Positions 56,496-64,000 of a stretch of DNA of 64,000 bases are shown here, in pieces. Each line of letters opens with the position of its first letter. Within the stretch, counting starts at the first letter, position 1. Under the pieces are notes generated by a model, which was not told the origin of the DNA, did not search any database, and saw nothing but the letters and a program-made list of their open reading frames with translations. This DNA is from Octopus vulgaris. Lineage: Eukaryota. The position numbers and the translations under genes are program-made. The stretch covers positions 63,178,001 to 63,242,000 of the forward strand of contig OX597819.1 in the NCBI GenBank assembly GCA_951406725.2, written 5' to 3'.

Positions 56496-57509
56496 TAAAA
56501 ATGTTAATACTTACAATCACTGATATATAAATAAACCGAATAAAATTAAATATAATATCTACTTAAAGAATGAAAATAAATATACAAATTTTAGTGATTT
56601 TACTTATAATAAAGTAAATACTAAAAAGATAAAATGGCTTATAATACCATATGCCATATAAATAAAATATAATTTGGTGTAATTTATTTATAGACTAATT
56701 AATAAACATTCTAATATAAATAATAAATATGAAGTTATGAGCAATAAAAAATAAAGATAGATATGGCTTAATTCATAACTTATCTATTATTATAGATTCT
56801 ATAAATAATTAAAAAATGCATTATTTTAACTTAAATAGAAAATGTGCTAATAATAATTCCCCTAATACCAAACTTAATTTAGAAGATATTATTAGTAATA
56901 CTACTTGTTATTTCATTAATAAACAAAATATTTTTAATAACAATAGAAACTCAGTAACATATAAAACCTCCTCCTCCTCCTCAACTAATATAAATGGTAA
57001 TTCTTATAAAACGTGATTGTAAAAACAAAGATAGCTGTGCGGTTAAAAATTTTTGTAAAGTGAAAAATGTGGTATATCAATGTAAAGTTAGATTATATAT
57101 TTATGATAAAACTCGATCATATAAAGCGTCTGATGAAACGTCATTATATTTAAGGCGATATTTTATTGTTCTTGAAAACCCTGTCTTTTTAATGGAGTAA
57201 AAACAGCTGTAATTTACTAGATATGTCATTTGTATAAAATAATAAAATTGAATTGATTTATCATTTAATAATTAAATTATTTAAATGTTCCATTTATCAT
57301 TTTGGTTTCCATTTCTAATTTATATTTACACATTGATAAACCGTATGTTTATTTTATTTCTTTATTTACGTATTTGTTATGAGTGATAATTCATAACAAT
57401 ATCATTTATATAGGTAAAAAAACAGTAAATTCTTTGGATATTTAATATCCCTTAGGCAGTTATTTAACACCTAACTGAGTTTTTATCTTACGTATATACA
57501 TATAATTAT

Positions 57510-57720
57510 AGGGGGAGAATTCACAAAATAAAAAAGATGGAGACAACAAACAGATTTATTAGTTTAACGCTCGGGAAGTGAAAAATTCTTTAACGTTTCG
57601 AGTCTAATTTCTTCCCCCGAAAGTAACACAGAAAGAAACAAGGAGAGAAAATAAAGAATGTGTAGTGGCTAGCGATCTATCATGGCGAATGCCAGACAAT
57701 GGGGTCACACAGGAGAGCTA
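57510..57720 (-). mobile_element. PLE-terminus-like repeat, family of 23640-23800
   Basis: gggagaattcac...caacaaacagatttattagtttaacgctcgggaa...acgtttcgagtcta. Confidence 0.65.
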
Positions 57721-58454
57721 GAAAGAAAAGGAGAAAATAAAGTAGCGGTGATCCTAAAACGAAGGTGCGCGTGCGTTTGTATAAGAGAGCATGTATGTGA
57801 GTGTGGAAGAAGGCTGATGACCTTGACGTGTGCGTATGTGTATGTGTCGGTGTGTGGAAGATGGTGCGGGGCTGGGAAATGGCCAGTGCTAGTGTGTGCG
57901 TGGTGGTATGTGATGTGGTGTTGTGTGGTATGGTGGTGTATGGTGTGGTGGTGTTGGGATGTGGGCGAGGCGAAAATGGGGGAAGGAAGGGTTGGGTGTG
58001 GGTTACGCTCAGAGTGGGGGTAGAGGTGCCGTATATGGGATTGGGTGTAAGTGATGGGGGGATAGGATGGGGTGGATAGGGAAGGTGCGGTTGGATTGTG
58101 TAGGCGTGGAATTACAAGAGAGGGGTGACGATGAAGAGAGAGGAGGAAAGGGAGAAGGTGGGTAGGAGTGAAGAAAAGAAGAGTAGGAGTGAAGAGAAAA
58201 AGGATTCGGAACAAAAGAGGAGAGGTGGATGGGAGGAAGTAGGTGTGAGAAGGAGAGAGGAGAGAGGAGGAGGGTCAGATGAAGAGGGGAGGACAGTTGA
58301 GCTCATGTGGTGCGTAGGAGCGAAGAGAGAAGATTAATCCCTATACATACGTATATAGCGTTATAATCTGGTTTAAGAAAATCGTACACAGCAAGAAAGT
58401 TTATCTTAGCGTGTCAGATCGCTGTAAAATCCATTTACTAAAACGGAATACACA

Positions 58455-58532
<78 letters not shown>

Positions 58533-59303
58533 CATATTTACATATATAAATATATATGTGTATTTTTCTCTTGTTAAAAATTAACACGGAAAATATAGAT
58601 AAATAGTTAGCCGGGTAGCAAAAAAAATCACACAAGTAAAAAGTTTGTTCTACATTTAGGGATAGGAATAAACGTAACAGTAGAGGGCTTAGTAGATTAA
58701 TTTGATATCTAAAAGACCACAAAAAACAATTTAATTTAGATTGGTTGATTCTCTCAATCTCAGTACCTTATGATAAAGGCAAGGAATTCTGTCTACTCTG
58801 TAATTCTGAACTATTTTTTATTCGTTTTTCTAAAAATCCGCTTGTAAACACGGTTATAGAGCGTGCATACGGATGTAAACATTTGCAGAAACGCACCTTT
58901 AAGTGATATCTATCACTATATATAATTTAAACACTAATTTTCGTCTTACATTTCACACTTACTAGATATATTGTTTTCCAAGTCTATATAGTTGTATTTA
59001 ATATACATATAGTTATATATTTCTCATTTATTTCATTTTTTCTCTCCACTTTCTATAGGCTACATTTGATGTTATATTCTCTAACGTTTTCTGTGAAACA
59101 AACTTAATAGCGTTCAGTTAATCACTATACATATCTATCATTTTATGTTAAAATATCTTATTGACGAGTTTCATTTCTTTATTTCCCTGCAGAGAAGATT
59201 ACATTGTTTTACACCATTTTATTCCTTTGGAATAATACCAGTGATATCTTCGAAACATATGTCGGAAGTAAAAGAATTCGAATAACACCTGAGTTTAACT
59301 CCA

Positions 59304-59341
<38 letters not shown>

Positions 59342-61282
59342 CAATGTGTTTTTATGTATGTATGCTTGGAAACATGTACGTGTTCGTGGTTTTGTGTGTA
59401 CAGTGTACTTTTGTAATTAATTCATTCCTTTACTTGCTTATGTATCCAAATGAAATATCTTTCAATTTGTGAGTTTGTGTATCTGTCTGTCTGCTTATCT
59501 CTCTGTAAGTATTTGTATGCATATATATTACTGTATATATGTATGCCTATATACGTATATGTGTATGTATGAACATACACACACACGCGCGTACTTACAT
59601 ATATATGTGCATATATGTAAGTACGCGTGTATGTATGCAGTGCGTTCTTCGTAAGTTAATTGGCTCCAATTAAGAGGTGTAGTAATATCGACTTCCTTCT
59701 TAAATACCCTATCGAGACACGAAACCTATATCATTAAATCACACACACATTACTACATTGCAAAATCCGCCTACTGTGGTCCAATACTTCTTTGGAATGA
59801 GTTAATGTGGAAAGTAAAGCACTGTTTAAGAACACAAGAGGAATGTTAACACTTAATTATTCGTGTTAAATTTTTATCACGCAATTCCAAATTGTTTAAT
59901 ACTTTTACTTCTATAACTGTGTCAAAACACTGGGGGCTGTTTATACTGGTTTTCTTTTATTTTTTGGTTTCTTAATAGAAACGTGAAACTCTTTGGAAAT
60001 AATTTCTGTCAGTGTTTAGGAATTTAGTTCGCGTCGTTTGTGATGATTAATCGGTGTATTTAAAGAGCTAAATATCACTGGGGAGTTTATTAATTTCAGT
60101 AGGAAAACTCGTAAGACTATAAGGTCAGTTTTAATTAAGAAAATTAATCCTTCCTTTTGGAATTAAGCGTTGCTATGTCTGAAAAATAGAAGAAATAACG
60201 CAACAACAAAGGACAATGTGGGACCAAATCGCACCTTAGCATCTGAAAAAGAAGAATAATTATCGGAAGCTAATGTTGTTGTTTTTGTTGTCATTGCTGT
60301 CGTCATCGTCGTTGTTTTTTATTAGTATTCATGTTGTTCTATGCTGGGAGTGGCTGAGAAGGCGGAGTGAAAGCTAAAACGCCCTTTGATATTTAGTTGC
60401 GTCCATTTTGTTCTCCGTTCGAAAACCTTCCAAGAGAACTGCATTATTTTTTCTTGATTAAGTTTATAACGTAAGCGCGCACGCAAGTGTGTCTGTGACC
60501 GTGTGTATCCGTGTGTTTGAAAGCCTAGGTGTGTGTGAGCGTGTGTGTGTGTTTTTGTGTGTGTGCGTATGTATGCACGTGTAACGTTAAGAGTGTGAGT
60601 AAGAGGCTGTATGTTACTAAAACAATGATATAGTGATTGAATAAAGCACGTTACATAATGTAATCCAAGATAAACTCTTGCAAAATAAAAGTGCGGTCGT
60701 AGCAGGAATATATATGCTCTCAGACCTGGCATATTAGAGTTGAACTAGTATTAATTAATTGAGAAAGGATTTACTACAATCACAAGAAAACCAACGACAA
60801 CAACATTTCAAAAAACAAACACGACGTGTTACTCAGTTTGCAAAAGTAAAAAAAAAACATCAATAGCAACAAGCAAGTCCTGAAAGAATTTTTTCTCTTA
60901 TGTATTTTCATACTTTTAATTTTGATACGTTCAATTCCATATATTCTTACAACATTCAGTCATTATATTAATCTTCGGATTCTTGGTCCATCTCCTAAGA
61001 TGAAAAAAATAGAAAACGTTGCATAGTAAGAACGGAGAAAAAAATGACGTTGACATCAACTTTAAAATTCGTCCAAGGCTTGGTCTCTGTGCTATCCACC
61101 CTCTACAAAAATCGTCCTCGCGTCATATTCTGCACTAAATTAGAGCCATTTCACCTCAACTGGTTCTGCATATGTAACGATGTTATATGTGAGCATGTCC
61201 ACGTATGTTGTAGGTGTTTATTTGCGTGTAAGGTGCGCCTTGTTCAGCGAGTGTGTGAGTTAGTGAGATGGTGTATTAGATA

Positions 61283-61500
61283 ATGGTTTCAAATTTTGGC
61301 ACAGGGCCAGCAACTTCGTGGGAAGGGGATCAGTCGATTACATCAATTCCAGTGCTCAACTGATACTTATTACATCGATCCCGAAAGCGATGAAAAGCAA
61401 GGGTGGCCTTCGCGGAATTTGAACTCAGAACGTAGAGACGAACGAAATGCTGGTAAGCATTTCCCCTCGGCGTGCTAACGATTCTACCAGTGCGCCGCGT
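61283..61500 (-). mobile_element. SINE family B, diverged, tail type 2
   Basis: aaattttggcacagggcc...gcggaatttgaactcagaacgta...gcgtgctaacgattct. Confidence 0.8.
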
Positions 61501-61715
61501 TAAATGGTGTATTAGATAATGCTATACATGTTTATTGTGTGCGTTAATGTTGTAGTTTTAAGATAGATGTGATATCGTATGTGTATAGTTGTTATAAAGG
61601 AAAAAGGAGAACGGGCATCTGTATGCTTGCTTGAGCAGATTCTAGTAGTTTCGTGGATATATGTAACCAAAGGAAAGAAAGCTGATTTTTCAAAAATGAG
61701 AAGTTTATTTAGTTT

Positions 61716-62052
61716 GTGAAGGCGCATGGCTCAGTGGTTCGAGCGTCGGGCTCGTAATCATGAGGTAGTGAGTTTGTTTCCCGAACTGAGCTGTGTGTTG
61801 TGTTCTTGAGTAAAACACTTTATTTCACGTTTTTCCAGTTCACTGAGCTGCAGAAATGAATTGCGACGTCACTGGCGCTAAGTTGTATCGGCCTTTGCCT
61901 TTGCCTTGGATGACATGAGTAAATTGAAGAGGGAACGTTGATATATGTGGGCTACTGCTGGTCTTCGAGAAACAACGCTGCCCGGACTTGTGCCTCGGAG
62001 GGAAAGATTGTAGGTGGGATCCCATGGTCATTACTGAGCAAAGGGTTCTTTA
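61716..62052 (+). mobile_element. SINE family D
   Basis: Colinear with the reverse complement of 21063-21403. Confidence 0.85.
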
Positions 62053-62585
62053 CTTATTACTATTTATTTTGTTTGAAATGGAAGAAGTGTTGTTATGCCT
62101 TTTAAGACCGGGAATTTGCAGAATCGTGTTACAAGATAATACTGGAGGGGAATCTTTTTGGACATGTGTTGCTATATGAGCAGAAGCTACGTGCATGCGT
62201 GACACAGTCTTGTTTATTCGGTAATTCTATTACCAGGTCACTGGAATGATCGTGAGTATAACGAATCGGTCAAATATTCGAAGCTTCTCACCGTTTACGT
62301 TGAGGTCCGTAGGTTCTCCCAGATCCTCAGAGTAATCCCTAAGATATATGTTCATTATATAGATTATTCAATGTGCTCCCTATTTCTCACGTCCGTTTTT
62401 CAACACTTTTTAACACTCTCTGATCTCCCTATAATTTTTTCTTCCCTGTCTAACACTTATTTTCTTAAACTTCTAGACATCCAGATGACAACCCTATCGT
62501 GACTGCAAAATTTATAGCTTTTACAATCCATTGTAGCTTATTCCTTATTCATTACAGCCTACCTCATCCAACCCCCAACCAGACT

Positions 62586-62780
62586 TTCTCTTTTACTCTT
62601 TTTCTTGTTTCAGTCATTTGACTGGACCACCGCCTTTAGTCGAGCAAATCGACGCCAGGACTTATTCTTTGTAAACCTAGTACTCATTCTATCGGTGTCT
62701 TTGCCGAACCGCTAAGTTACAGGGACGTAAACACACCAGCATCGTTGGGGGTACAAACACAGACACGCAAACATATACAC

Positions 62781-62840
<60 letters not shown>

Positions 62841-62980
62841 TACAACAGGCTTCTTTCAGTTTGACAAGGATTTGGTCGGCTCGAGGCTATAGTAGAAGAC
62901 ACTTACCCAAGGTGAAATGCAGTGGGACTGAACCCGGAACCATGTGGTTGGTAAGCAAGTTACTTACCACACATTCACTC
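62586..62980 (-). mobile_element. SINE family A with small deletions
   Basis: ttgtttcagtcatttgactg...ctatagtagaagacact...cagtgggactgaacccggaaccatgtggttgg. Confidence 0.88.
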
Positions 62981-63286
62981 ATGAATTTTATAATTACCAT
63001 TCACAGCCCTGTGGCACATGGAGACGGTTATATGACTCCTATGGCGTATACGCGGCTGAGATAACAACAATTCAGCTGGACTGGCGCTGAACTGTCGCAG
63101 GGTTACTCTTGTGGAGCTGAGTGAAGTGTAATAAAGTGATTTACACTAAAACGCAACTCACCACCAGATCCGGGAATCGAAACCGGAATCTTGAGTGCAA
63201 CACATTAGCCACTAGGTTCCATGGTTTCATTATCTATGTTATAATCTGTTACCTATTTCATTTCCTCCACCATCACTGCGTGCGTG

Positions 63287-63600
63287 GAGGTGCAATGGCC
63301 CAGTGGTTAGGGCAGCGGACTCGCGGTTGGAGGATCGCGGTTTCGGTCCCCAGACCGGGCGCTGTGTGTGTTTATTGAGCGAAAACACCTAAAGCTCCAC
63401 GAGGCTCCGACAAGGAGTGGTGGCGACCCCTGTTGTACTCTTTCGCCCCAACTTTCTCTCACTCTCTCTTCCTGTTTCTTGAGTAACGCTGTGAGGGAGT
63501 GGCGTCCCGCCAAGCTGAGGGTAACACATACACAACAGAAACCAGGAAAACGGGCCCATGAGCCTGGCTATGCTTGAAAACGGCGCATAAATAAATAAAT
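63287..63600 (+). mobile_element. SINE family C
   Basis: Head shared with 2684; different 3' part ending in (aaat)n. Confidence 0.8.
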
Positions 63601-64000
63601 CACTGTGTGCATCACACGGCGGGAATACCTAAGACCAGAGTGAAAACCATTAGCATCAACAACCATCGTATCTCTACCATTCTCTATTTCACCGCTGGTT
63701 TTTTTTTTGTTTGCTTTTGGTTATAAGTGACTGTGTGCAAGTATAAGTGTGTATGTTCTTTTTTATCCACAACACTCGATGTGCTCCCCACTACATTCCC
63801 ATTAAGTAGTCCTTTCAATAAACATCTCATCTCTACAGTACAATCCGACGCTAATTCTGCAGTATGGCGTCACATAATGACATTTTCCTACGATAATACG
63901 TCTGCTTTATTTTAATACGCATGTTCTTTTATCTCTCTTTTCTTTTGGGTTGCTGGTCTGCAACTCCTTTCATACGCAGCTAATCCGTGTCTTTTAGTGG

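Noticed and set aside
57880-58340. G-rich tract as coding sequence or functional G-quadruplex
   Set aside because: Low-complexity extension of a repeat; nothing supports a function

Overview
AT-rich, microsatellite-saturated eukaryotic DNA with no supportable host gene. Nearly all ORFs in the track are translations of simple repeats. The repeat content suggests a cephalopod/Octopus genome (inference). The window holds four or five families of tRNA-like SINEs, a solo LTR with a 4-bp TSD, truncated L1/Tx1 and RTE LINE remnants, a mariner fragment and a Tc1/mariner MITE. A decayed Penelope-like element (PLE, Naiad-like) with direct terminal repeats carries a young R4/Dong-like LINE inserted in its (TAA)n tract. 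The most notable signal is a dispersed set of type I hammerhead ribozyme (HHR) motifs, folded by eye and not computed: 16469-16513(-), 17037-17081(+), 18649-18730(+), 29808-29858(-), 29885-29934(-), 31373-31462(+), plus decayed relatives. Several have a U3-A8 core variant and palindromic stem III. They lie in PLE-derived terminal repeats arranged as partial tandems or large inverted repeats next to (TA)n tracts, resembling a non-autonomous PLE/retrozyme system.
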